A stretch of 64,000 nucleotides of DNA from Anolis carolinensis (lineage: Eukaryota). Positions 12,926 to 23,934 of the stretch are shown here, piece by piece. Made by a program: the position numbers and the translations under genes. The stretch is taken from the NCBI RefSeq assembly GCF_035594765.1, contig NC_085841.1, positions 342,683,402 through 342,747,401 on the forward strand, written 5' to 3'. Each line of letters begins with the position of its first letter. Positions within the stretch are counted from its first letter, which is position 1. The notes below the pieces were generated by a model. It was not told the origin of the DNA. It saw only the letters and a list, made by a program, of their open reading frames with translations, and made no database searches.

Positions 12926-14198
12926 AGCAAAAAAGCTTTTGCAAAATGTTGAAAAGCGATAAAATGCCCTCCCCCTCACGCACACACAAATGGCCTTGGT
13001 AGTGAAGTCTTTCACAAATACTTACTTATGAAATTACCCCCTGCCACTGAGATAAGAAGTAGGATGGGCAGTTGCACATTTCTCTGGAAGAGATAATGCA
13101 TTACCCAGGTTGAGTTCAGAAGGGACATACAGTATGTTGGCCTATAATGTGAACATACTATTTTATATACATGTATACACATTTAAAAATAATCATTATA
13201 ATGTGTATTGAAAGATGTATTTTTAGAGTGGAGAAACTATGAAATTAAATTAAAGCAATTTGACACCACTTGAACTGCCATGATTCAATGCAGTAGAGCC
13301 ATGGAAGTTGCCGTTTTAAAAGTTCTTTCTCCTTCTCTGTCAAAAGAGTGCTGCCGCCTCAGCAAACTACTGCTTTCATGATTCCATGGCATTGATCCAT
13401 AGCAGTTAAAATGGTGTCAAAATGCCTCAGTTCTACAGTACTGATGCAGTGCAGGTGACTCGTGGTGCTATTCTAGGAGAGGTCTAGTCGCTTTCAATGG
13501 AGAATGTCAAGGTCTTCTCAAATTGGGAAGAGACCTCAAAGTTCACAAAAATAAAAGCCTTTTGTGGAAAATCCAGCATTGTTCTTGCCTCCCCCCCCAT
13601 TCAGAACATTATCCAAAACTATTCAAAGTAATGTATTTCTTTTAAAACATTATCTAAGTATCAATCGGCAAATCAAAGGTTTGAACAGTTCTGGTTCTTG
13701 CTTGTTGGCTCTTTGTAGCATAGCCATAGTTAAGAAAAAAGAAAGAAAGAAATCACCAAGAAATCACCATTTAGGAAAAATGTACGTAGAATAAAACAGG
13801 TTTAAGGCATTATGCCAAATTACTAGCTGAATGGACAAAGTCTAATTGTTTTCTCTTCATCGTCACTAAAGGCGGAAGATAGGGGAGAATAGACACCCAG
13901 ACAAGCATGATGAAAAAGATACTAAGAAGTAAGGTGTGTTTGTCATGAAGGTAGGAGAGATACAGAATAATTGAGAGTGTTTTGTTTCCTCTCTTATTTG
14001 AAGGCAGATGAAGAAGGACATTGAAGAGAACCCCTAAAATAGGGTCTGCACTCAGGATAGCCAGCATTGGACTATGATTCTGAATTTGAATCCTGCTCAG
14101 CCATAGAAAGCAGTTGGGTGACTCTCTCAGCAAACCCCCTTTGAATATATCCTATTAGAAAACTCTGTGATTTTCTCATCGGAAATGACTTGAAGGAA

Positions 14199-14199
14199 C

Positions 14200-14236
<37 letters not shown>
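14199..14236. repeat. (AAC)n microsatellite
   Basis: Direct reading. Confidence 0.95.
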
Positions 14237-15469
14237 GAAACTCTGAATAGATTCTTGAAAGTTCAGACTAAATCCCAGAAGGAACTCACCATTCCAGGCA
14301 GCACTTAATGTTTATGTTTCTTAAGTAAAGAATGCCATGTTCTAGAACGTTCAGTTTGGGATGATTGGCTTATTTACTGAGCTAAACAAATACAGTATCT
14401 ATAAAATAAACTGGTTCAGCCACCCACATACACTTATTGACTTGCAACAGCAAAATAAACAACAAGGCGTATGCATACCATGCTTAGATGAAACCATGTG
14501 ATATGAAGCATCATTGCAAGTGGGTAATGATAGCTCCGACTGGAGTGCATGCACATTAGGCAGTTCAAAGGTAAATTAGCATAGAATTTTAGCTTTGTAG
14601 GAATATTGATATGGTGCCTGTAAACTGGGTTTACAGAAATATTTTTATGGTTATATCTAACTACATGGATATTTATTTATTTTAAAATAATACATTTCTA
14701 GTTAAAAACTGCACAATTTTTATAGGCAGCCATTTGGGTTTCACCTTTCTAATGGTGTCACCTGGTGCGGTTTGCACTCTATTGCCAGGTCGGCCCTTGC
14801 GTTGGGCACTTTCCATGACTCATCTCTTGGTATGTCTTCCCACGCTTTGATGGCTTCCGCAGTTGTCCATGAAGGTGAGCAAGAAATGGAATAACTGAAC
14901 AATGGCATTGAACAGAACCCCCAAATTAGTGTCTGCATTCGGGATATCCAGCATTGGACGATGACTCTGGATTCAAATCCCTGCTTAGCCATGGAAACCC
15001 ATTGGGTCACCCTGGGGGAAATCAGACTCTCTCAGCAATCGCCCTCTGAACAAATCTTTACCAGAAAACCCTGAGATAGTCTCGTCTTAGGATCATCGTA
15101 AGACAGAAATTACTTGAAGGCACAGAACAACAACAAACTCTGGCTAAATTATTTTAAAATTCAGATTAAAATCCAGAGGGAATTCACTGTCCCATTTACC
15201 CCTGAATCTCTTAAACCTCATAAGTAGTGTTTCTGAGAATAATGCTCAACTTGAGATAGCTGGATTATTTATTCAGTAGAACAAACAATGATAAAATACA
15301 CTAGCTCAGCCACCCACTCACATTTATTGAGTTGCAAAATACTTAGCAACTGAGTTACAAAATACTTAGTAGGCTGTGAAAAACAAGCAATGGAAGCTCA
15401 CTCGGTGGCCTTAGGCAAATTATTCTCTCTCAGCCTTAGATGAAGGCAAAGGCACACTCCTTCTGACCA

Positions 15470-15750
15470 AACCATGATTGCCAAGCTTAAATATTTGAAA
15501 GGATGTCATAAAGATAAAGAAGCAGGCTTGTTTTCTGCTGTCCTGGAGACTAAGACTCAGCGCAATGGGTTAAAATTACCAGAAAGGAGATTCCACCTGA
15601 ACATTAGGAAGAACTTCCTGACCATAAGAGATGTTCAACAGGGGAACTCTCCACCTCAGAGTGTGGCAGAGGCTACTTCTTTTAAGGCTTTTAAACAGAG
15701 GCTGGATGGCCATCTGTGGGGGTTCTTGATTGTGCATTTCCTGCATGGCT
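15470..15750 (+). mobile_element. CR1 LINE 3' fragment
   Basis: KYLKGCH...GLKLPERRFHLNIRKNFLTIR...SFKAFKQRLDGHL, the typical CR1 ORF2 C-terminus. Confidence 0.88.
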
Positions 15751-15781
15751 TGTAGCATGTCCAGATGAAATCATGTGATCT

Positions 15782-15837
15782 GGGTTGGACTGGATGGCCC
15801 ATGAGGTCTCTTCCAACTCTACTATTCTATGATTCTA
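15782..15837 (+). mobile_element. 56-bp extremely 5'-truncated CR1 insertion
   Basis: CR1 3' tail ending ATTCTATGATTCTA, flanked by TGATCT duplication at 15776-15781 and 15838-15843. Confidence 0.75.
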
Positions 15838-16225
15838 TGATCTGAAGTGTCATTGCAGTGGATGGTCATGACAGTTCTGACTGGAGCACATGAACATGAG
15901 AAGGTTCAATTAGTCTGTCATCATAGAGTTTTATCCTTGCAGGTATATTAATGCAGTCCATGTAAACTGGACTTACAAAAATGTTTTTGTGCCTATATCT
16001 AATAGCAGAGATACCTTTTAAAAACGAAATTTCTGCTGAAACACTACACAGAGCCTTTTACAGGCAATCATTTGGATGTCACCTCCTCTGACGGTGTCAC
16101 CCAGTACACTTCGTATCCACCTTCACTTTATAATGATACATACTTTGCAACTGTTTTGTTACTTTAAGTTAGTCCATTCATGTACAGAATTGGAAGCACA
16201 AAGCTTGTAAACCTTAATATCTGTT

Positions 16226-17932
16226 CTGGCTCCCAAAGTGACCCATTTAAGGTGGAATCAGATGTCAAGCAGGGATGTGTTATTGCCCCCACCTTATTCT
16301 CCATCTTCATCTCTATGATACTTAACCTTGTTGATGGGAAGCTTCCCACCTGTGTGGAAATCATCTATCAGACAGATGGCAAGCTATTTAACCTCAGCAG
16401 ACTGAGAGCCAAAACCAACGTCACCACAACATCTGTTATAGAACTCCAAGATGCCGATGACCACGTAGTCTGTGCGCACTCAGAAGCATACCTACAATCC
16501 ACTCCAAACACCTTCGCAGAAGCATACGAGAAGCTCAGCCTCTCATTGAACATTGAGAAAACCAAAGTGCTCTTCCAACAGGCACCAGCTAATCCCTCTG
16601 CAATGCTAGGAATACAACTTAATGGTGTAACATTAGAAAATGTTGACCATTTCTGCTATCTTGGCAGCCACCTCTCCACAAAAGTCAACATCAACACTGA
16701 AATACAACACCGCCTGAGCTCTGCGAGTGCAGCATTTTTTAGAATGAAGCAGAGAGTGTTTGATGACCGGGACATCCGTAGAGATACCAAGGTGCTTGTT
16801 TACAAAGCCATTGTCCTCCCAACCCTGCTCTACGCCTGCGAAACGTGGACAGTCTACAGACATCACACCAAATTCCTGGAGCGTTTCCATCAGCGTTGCC
16901 TCAGAAAAATCTGGCAAATCTCTTGGGAAGACAGGCGGACAAATGTCAGCGTGCTTGAGGAAGCAAAGACCACCAGCATTGAAGCGATGCTCCTACGCCA
17001 TCAACTCTGCTGGACTAGCCACGTTGTCCGAATGCCCGATCACCGTCTCCCAAAGCAGCTACTATATTCCCAACTCAAGAATGGGAAATGTAATGTTGGT
17101 GGGCAGGAAAAGAGATTTAAAGATGGGCTCAAAGCCAACCTTAAATATTGTGGCATAGACACTGAGAACTGGGAAGCCCTGGCTCTTGAGCGCTTTAATT
17201 GGAGGTCAGCTGTGTCCAGCAGTGCTGCGGAGTTCGAAGAGGCACGAATGGAGGGCTTAAGGGAGAAACGTGCCAAGAGGAAGGCCCGTCAAGCCAACCC
17301 TGACCGGGACCGCCTTCCACCTGGAAACCAATGTCCTCACTGTGGTAGAACATGCAGATCAGGGGCCGGGCTGTGGCGCAGCTGGCTAGTAACCAGGTGC
17401 TATAAATCACTACTGACTGAGAGGTCATGAGTTCAAAGCCCGGGTCGGGTTAAGCCTCCGACCATTAATAGCCCTGGCTTGCTGTTGACCTATGCAGCCC
17501 CGAAAGACAGTTGCATCTGTCAATTAGGGAAATTTAGGGACGCTTTATGCGGGAGGCTAATTTACAACACCATAAAACTGCCAGCAAAACACAAGGAAAG
17601 GAATGCGAAAGTACAGCCACTACTGGATGGTGAAGCAACAGCTCCCCCTGTGGCCGGAATCGTGAAGCTGGAAAAATGTTAAAAAAATGCCTCTGAGTCT
17701 GTCTAATTTATGTTGTTTGTCTGTTGGCACTGAATGTTTGCCATATATGTGTTCATTGTAATCCGCCCTGAGTCCCCTTTGGGGTGAGAAGGGCAGAATA
17801 TAAATACTGTAAATAAATAAATAATAAAAAAATAAATCAAGAATAGGTCTCTTCAGCCACCTGAAGAGACACCCCCCCCCCCCAAGACACCAGAGAAGGA
17901 AGACAATCATCCTCGAACTATGAGGGATGCTA
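16226..17932 (+). mobile_element. 5'-truncated RTE-clade LINE (RT C-terminal half plus C2H2 finger), interrupted by a SINE
   Basis: ORF 16180-17430 has VKQGCVIAPTLF, LQDADD (YADD mutated to DADD), FCYLGS, LLYACETW, RLPKQLLY and CPHCGRTCRS. The frame resumes as RIGLFSHLKRH at 17840. Confidence 0.93.
17362..17835 (+). mobile_element. tRNA-derived SINE with L2-like tail
   Basis: A-box-like tggcgcagctgg, B-box-like gagttcaaagcc, tail ccgccctgagtcccc...gggtgagaagggcagaatataaat(aaat)n; ATCA duplicated at both ends. Confidence 0.85.
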
Positions 17933-18883
17933 AATCTTCATGGCACATCTCCGATAGGAATCATACTAGATCTCTCAAGCAGCGAAAAAGTGCTGAATAA
18001 CAATCAGTTCTATGCTCACCTCCCACATGGTCTAGTAGAAAAAGAAACACATTTTGTCTTTTTTATAAAATGTATAAAAGTAACTTTAATTACAAAAATG
18101 TGTGCATATTCAAATACATAGTTCAAAGGAGGCCAGAGACAGAATTAAAAGGGTTGCAGGTTAGTGGTGAATCAAGATAGAAGATATGAAACATCAAACA
18201 GAAAGTCACCATAATGCAAAATAGAAATTAATGAGTATTGTCTACCATCATAGACAATCTGCCGAACCCTGGTGTGTTTACTCCCCATTTGGGAGCCCTG
18301 AAGGACTCTGCCATAAGAGCAGATGTGACAATCATGCAATTTTCCAAATGTTGTTGAACTGCAGCTTCCAGTATTTGGCTATAATGGCTAAGGCTGCTAG
18401 GAGTTGAAGTCCAACATTATTTGGAGGGTCACATGAGCCCCACTCCATTGTATAGGTGTTATAGGCTTTTAACCATATACAAATAGAGAGTCAACATGGT
18501 GCAGTTTTAGACAAGGACTTTGGGATACCAGAGTTCAAATCCTCATTCAGTCATGGAAATGTACTGGGCAAATCACACTCTCTTATCTTTCTTGGAACAA
18601 ATAATGCCGGGGGGGGGGGGGGGACTGTTTTCCTACTTAAACTTACACTATCCTTACTGGAATTTTGTTAATTTTTGTGCAGCTCTCCAATTTGTTAGAA
18701 TCATTTTGAATCCTGACTTTGCCTGGCATCCTGTTAGTGACGTCCGCAAGCATAAGCCCAACCTATAACCGAGTATGTCTTTTTTGATCATTTTAGAGGT
18801 TGAAACTCTTCCTCCCTTGTGCAATGACCAACCCCCTCCCCCAATCGTCAATTGTCACTCTTTATCTTTTGAGGTATTAGTGC

Positions 18884-19215
18884 AAAGATCCGCAGCCAGA
18901 CTGCAGATCGGGGCAGATTGTAGGGAACATACTGGAACTCCTTAGGGAACCCCTTCTAAAGCAGCTTCATAGGTTGCTGGTCTGCTTCCGGGCCCAAATC
19001 AAAGTGCAGGTAACTACCTACAAAGTCCTATATGGTTCAGGTCCTGCCTATTTACACGATCACATCTTCCCTTTTGAACCTGCTGGGGGTTTAGGATCAG
19101 ACTGGGAGGCCTCTTGGTCCCACATCCCTCTCCAGCAAGGTTCTTAGATAATCACCCAGCCTTACAAGATTCAGGAAGGAGCTGAAAACTTGGCTGTTCA
19201 AGCAGGCTTATAATA
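18884..19215 (+). mobile_element. Decayed L2 LINE fragment
   Basis: Similar to the L2 at 24294-24990 (ttccgggcccaaatcaaagtgcagg...ggttcaggtcctgcctattt). Confidence 0.7.
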
Positions 19216-19446
19216 ATGGCTAAAACTACCCTATTGGACAGGATTTTAACGGTTTTATGACTATAATTTTAATCAGGACACTCTAATCATAGGAATCCGT
19301 GGTTAAATGGCACTATATATTGTTTTTATCGGGCTTCTTAGTCTTTTAAAATTGTTTGTTTACTTATACTTATATTATTGTATTATTTGGCTGTTATTAA
19401 TTGATATGTGATTATCTTTGTACGTCATTTATTGTATCCATGTGTT

Positions 19447-19897
19447 ATCGAAGGCTTTCATGGCCGGAAACATGTGGACAATTTCAACAGAAAGGAGGAA
19501 ACCATGCAAATGAACAAAATCTGGCTACTAGTATTAAAAAAACTCTAAAATCAGAACAGTAAATAAGGAACAACACTCTAAAAACAGAGGAATTCCAGAC
19601 ATGAATGAATCAGGGGCAGCTAACGACTCTGAACAAAGGATTCCCCCAGGCAGGAAGAAGCCAAGAGATGAAGCTATTCAGTGCTAATTAAGGTGATTAA
19701 TTACAACATTCACACTGGCCTCCAACTGACAAGAGTTCTCCCACCCTGGACCTTCCACAGATATATAAACCTTCCTTTCCTAGTTTTCTCATATACCTCA
19801 CAACCTCTGAGGATGCCTGCCATAGATGTGGGTGAAACGTCAGGAGACAATATTTCTGGAACATGGCCATACAGCCCGGAAAACACACAACAACCCC
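19447..19897 (+). mobile_element. Penelope-like element terminal repeat fragment with a short inverted 5' piece
   Basis: Shares ...ctcacaacctctga...gatgtggg...tcaggaga...ctggaacatggcca...cagcccg... with 58150-58352. 19447-19469 is the reverse complement of the repeat end seen at 58326-58350. Confidence 0.8.
19804..19844 (+). ncRNA. Minimal type I hammerhead ribozyme motif inside the Penelope-like repeat
   Basis: CCU, CUGAGGA core, U, helix II GCCUGC/GUGGGU, GAAA, CG, UC, AGG. Helix I is CCU/AGG and helix III is the palindromic ACGU stub. Confidence 0.65.
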
Positions 19898-20309
19898 ATT
19901 TATTGTATCTGTTATTGCAGATGACTGCTACGAGCCATCGTGCTCTCAATGGCTCGTAAGCCTGGCTCACAAGGCATGGCACTTTGCTACCCAAGGCCTG
20001 AAAAATCTTTGTTTTTTCGCACTTTGGACGGAAAAGCCAATTTGTATGGATGCCTGTTTCCATAAGCTGCAGATGGAAATGGAAATGGGGCCATATGAAT
20101 GGAACAAACAGAAATGGTAAGTAATTTTATACAAATGCACAAGTCTAGTGATTAGATATCCATGAGATATCTGGAGGAAGAGGCTGGAATGTAGTGCAAT
20201 GTTGGCCAGAAACCAGAAAGGAGATGTGATAAACTAGTCAAGGAGATGTCTGGGGCTGTGGTGTAACTAATTTTATAATATACATAATGTGCCACCAAAC
20301 TTCTGTCTT

Positions 20310-20610
20310 TGTTCAGCCAACTGGCATTTGTGGTTTATATTCAATGCCTGCTGTTTCTCTTTCCAACTTCTCTTTGCAGTTTTTTCTAGTTCAAAGACAG
20401 TTGTTCTGAGGTCAAAGATGCAATGCCCAGGAATACAGAAGTGATCTGCAACTAGTTTTTGTGTATTCCCATTACTAATGTCTGATTCTTGCGCGTTTGG
20501 CACAGAGGCTGGCCTATTTGTCTAGTGCAGAGTGCTGAAAGGCATTAGAGAATGGCATATATCACATTAAAGGATGAACAACTGAAAGTGCTCCTAATAG
20601 TGTGTCGACA
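20310..20610 (-). mobile_element. Decayed Penelope-like GIY-YIG endonuclease fragment
   Basis: Minus-strand FSCSSFNVIYAIL...QIGQPL, then SDISNGNTQKLVADHFCIPGHCIFDLRTTVFE, with a stop and a frameshift. Confidence 0.65.
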
Positions 20611-20954
20611 CTGTAGAATCAATGGAGCCTGTCCCCATTTTAACTGCCATGGCTCAATGTGATAGAATCATGGGATTTAGAATGGTACAATGTCTTTAGC
20701 CTTTAGTCTGCCAAAGAGTGCTGGTGCCTCAATAAACTATAAATCCCAGGATTCCATAACATTTAACCATGGCCATTAAAGCGATATCAAATTGCACTAA
20801 TTCCATAGTTTAGATGAATCCTTAGTTTTAAAAAGCCTATGCTACCAATCTAGCCTCTAATGTGCTAAAAATCCCTTTGCATTCAGATATTACAGATTAA
20901 CATGGTTATGTCTTTGAATTCTACCTTGTGAGAAGTTTGTTAGGGATTTCTATT

Positions 20955-21545
20955 TTTTTTAATAGTGATTTTTATTGTAATATATAAGTAATGTATACAG
21001 TGAAAGCGAGGAAAACATTGGTGAAAGATTAGAGAGGTTAAAGTACAAGATGAAAACCAAGGAATAAGTAAGATAGATAGTTCAACAAAATAATAATAAT
21101 AATAAAAAACAGAAAAAATAAAAATAAGAAAACAAAATGACTTCCCATTGTCGTCTTGGGATCTACCATCGTAATTTTCTTTTTCGGTAGACTTTTCCAG
21201 TCTTGCCATCTTAATGTCATAGAGGTATTTCAAACATTGGATATGTCTATTATTGATGTGTATCCTTCTTTTCGAATAAAGTCTTTAAAACCTGACCAGT
21301 CTGTTGCTTCTTTTTTATCTTGTAACTTTTGTGTTAGGCTGTCCATTTGGATTATATCAAAAAGCTTTAAGATCCAATCTTCTATAGTGGGAACATTTTT
21401 TTGTTTCCAAACTCTTGCCAGAACGAGTCTTGCTGCAGTCCCTATTAAGAAGAGTAATTTGTCTTTATTTTTGTTCAACTTTGTGTTAGATATTCCCAGC
21501 AGGTATGTTTCTGGCAGTAAGGGGAGATTTTTCCCAATAATCAAA
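20955..21545 (-). mobile_element. L1-clade LINE 3' end
   Basis: PETYLLGI...TAARLVLARVWKQKNVPTIEDWILKL (L1 ORF2 C-terminus); T-rich 3' UTR, AATAAA and an A tail. Confidence 0.8.
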
Positions 21546-22439
21546 ATCAAAACACACTCTACTCAAGGCTAACCATGTTATCGTGGTACTTGATGCAGAC
21601 AGTTACAGCAATTCATCTCCTATAGCAGAATACTCTTCTTTCTCCTCTGAATGGCAAACAAATTGGGATCAGGACACTCCAAATTGGAGCACTGAGGCAA
21701 TTGCCTAATTCTGCCTTGTAGTAGATCCATTCCTCATTCTTTGCCTCCTGTGCCTCTCCTATTCCCAATCCTATTTCAAAAACACTTATTGCAAAAGGTC
21801 TGTTATCAATAGTTCCATTATATAAAGATTTCTCATGTAAATGCATATGAGTACTTTCCCACAAGATGGCACACCTTTCCTTATACATGAGATTTCAAGG
21901 AAATCCTTCTTACAGGAAAGAAAATATCAGTCCCTCCTTTATTTTGTTTATGGGCATGAACAAAGTTGTTGTGAATCGGTCAAACAAAAAGCAAAGATGC
22001 TGCTCTCTCACCTTCTCAATTTTATGAGAATTCTGGAATTGGGGGTAAGGGATGCCCTACTTGTAATAAATAAATTCACCTTCGGACATATAGCTGTGGT
22101 ATTTTTATCTTTAAAAAGGGAAGAGTGGAATTGTTTTTACATTCGACCTCATTACATAAGAATTTGGATCCACTTTAAATCCACTTTAGGGAGGGGCCTT
22201 TAAACAACTCAGCCAGACAGGTCCTGGGCCTCACCAAACTACAAACCCCAGAATTCTGCAGGAGGCAGAAATCGTATTTAAAGTGGATGAATGTTCAAGT
22301 GTGATGAGGCCATTGTTATGTTGTACAGACTTGCTCTATTATAGTAATACTCTCATAAATACAGAGCCCATACCTGTGGTTTCTTTTAACCTTTCCTAGG
22401 GGTAAATAGTAGTAATAGGCCCAGTATCTGTATCATCCA

Positions 22440-23125
22440 TTTAATTCGTGTTTCCATTTCGTTCCATCCATTCATATGGCACAGAACGGGAAGGCCCCTC
22501 CCGGAATGAAAATAAACTCAATACAAAAGAAGGCAGGAGCGGGAACCAGCTCCAGAGCCTGCTTTTCGACATCATAGTTATATAGAGAAGAAGGATTGCA
22601 CTGAGGTCTCTTCATTGGAGATCCTTGGTATGGGGCTGGTGGCTTGCCAGTTGCCAGGATTTGCCCTTCATTGCTTGGCAACCATGCATGCCCAGAAAGG
22701 CCCTGGCAGGCCCACACACTTTGGGCCTACACGTGCAGACCTGCCAGGGCCTACAGCTGAGTGCTGAGTATGGAGTGTGTGTAGGGCCTGGGCCTGCATG
22801 GTTACCGAGCGGTAGAGGGCAAGACCCGCAAACCGGCAAGCTGCCAGCCCTGCGCCAAGGATCTCTGATGAAGAGACCTCAGCAGCAGCGGTGCAAGGTA
22901 AGTTTCCCAATTGAAGGGGGAAACAGCAGCAGCCCTAAAACTATGGGGAAGGGGAGCAGTTGTATAGGATTGCCCTCCCATTACCGCCAATGGGATGAAA
23001 ATATTCATTTTTTTCAGATGTGGGATGAAAAATCTCATTTGGAAAGGTGCCATTTTAGGAAGCGGTGCTCAAAAAGGAAAGTGGGGCCATACGAATGAAA
23101 CAAATAAAAATGAATAGCGATCCTA
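22440..23125. mobile_element. Probable non-autonomous DNA element with outer and inner inverted repeats
   Basis: Outer pair ccattcatatggc / gccatacgaatga. Inner pair ctgaggtctcttcattggagatccttgg (22604) / ccaaggatctctgatgaagagacctcag (ends 22882). Confidence 0.5.
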
Positions 23126-23330
23126 TACAAATGCATGAGACTAGTAAAATAGTCTCTCTAGGAATATGCTAAGTGCTCCAGACAGTTTTTTGGTATGCTT
23201 ACATTACAGTCACCCCGGAGGACCTAGCAAATTCCTCACCAGGCCCGACCCAACATGGGAAGCCGACCATGCCCCCGCGTTGGGCGCCATGTTCCCGGGG
23301 GCGCTATTGGCCCCCCCAGGAGGCCCAATA

Positions 23331-23626
23331 GGCAGGGCCAGACCTGGCCCTGCCTCCTGTGCCCTGGCCCCGCCTCCCGTGCAGCGCGAGAGGCAGGGCC
23401 AGGGCGTGCCGCGCCCCCTGGCTGGGCCGGCCTCACCCGGCCAGCCTGGCCCAGCCAGGCTGCGGCGGGAGTCTTTCCAGGCCGTGGCGAAGGCCCAGCC
23501 AGCCTGGAAGGTCTTTTCCGCTGTGCCCTGGCCTTGCCTCCCACACAGCGTGAGAGGCGAGGCCAGGGCGTGTGGTGTGGGAGGTGGGGCCAGGGCACAG
23601 GAGGCGGGGCCAGGTCTGGCCATGCC
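23331..23626. repeat. GC- and CpG-rich nested inverted repeat
   Basis: 48-bp arms at 23331-23378 and 23579-23626 are reverse complements with 3 mismatches, and enclose further internal hairpins. Confidence 0.85.
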
Positions 23627-23934
23627 TCCCACGTCGCATGGCCATGGCTCCCACGGTGTGTGTGTGTGTGTGTGTGTGTGGGGGGGGGGTTGCACAATTT
23701 TTTTTTTGCGCACCCTTTACAATTACCTCGAGCCGATTCTGTTCCTCACCAGTTTTTAGTGTTATTTCCATGGCTTTTCACAAGTTTTCAAAAATAAAGA
23801 GGATTAGGAGCAGTGGTTGAGAGACCTGGAAGTAAGCCAGCTGTTCTGGCCAGCCCCCGGAAAAGCTTCTCCAACAGCACACTTTTTGTGCCATGGCTGC
23901 GGCATGGGTCTTCCTCAAGACTGCTGCTCCTGGC

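Larger units (their letters stand above)
13938..16120. repeat. Old tandem duplication: unit A ~13938-14780, unit B ~14862-16120 (B expanded by CR1 insertions)
   Basis: Collinear diverged blocks, e.g. gaacccctaaaatagggtctgcact / gaacccccaaattagtgtctgcatt, cagccacccacatacacttattga / cagccacccactcacatttattga, tgtaaactgggtttacagaaat / tgtaaactggacttacaaaaat. Confidence 0.8.

Noticed and set aside
14789-14874. Exon-like segment translating SALALGTFHDSSLGMSSHALMASAVVHE, faintly like the IFI27/ISG12 motif (IFI27 genes lie near the SERPINA cluster in mammals)
   Set aside because: Similarity is low-complexity, the GGGV continuation is missing, and I found no in-frame partner exons.
16180-17430. 416-aa ORF as a host gene
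   Set aside because: It is a 5'-truncated RTE reverse transcriptase with a mutated catalytic motif that reads into a SINE.
21613-21888. Minus-strand ORF containing LHEK...NGTIDNRPFAISVFE, resembling a serpin last exon with the RCL deleted
   Set aside because: No HKA, GTEAA or GKIxNP motif, no matching acceptor and no companion exons nearby. Most likely chance; a tBLASTn with the five last exons would settle it.
23166-23820. Several overlapping ORFs of 110-200 aa on both strands
   Set aside because: They arise from stop-codon depletion in GC-rich palindromic DNA and a TG microsatellite.
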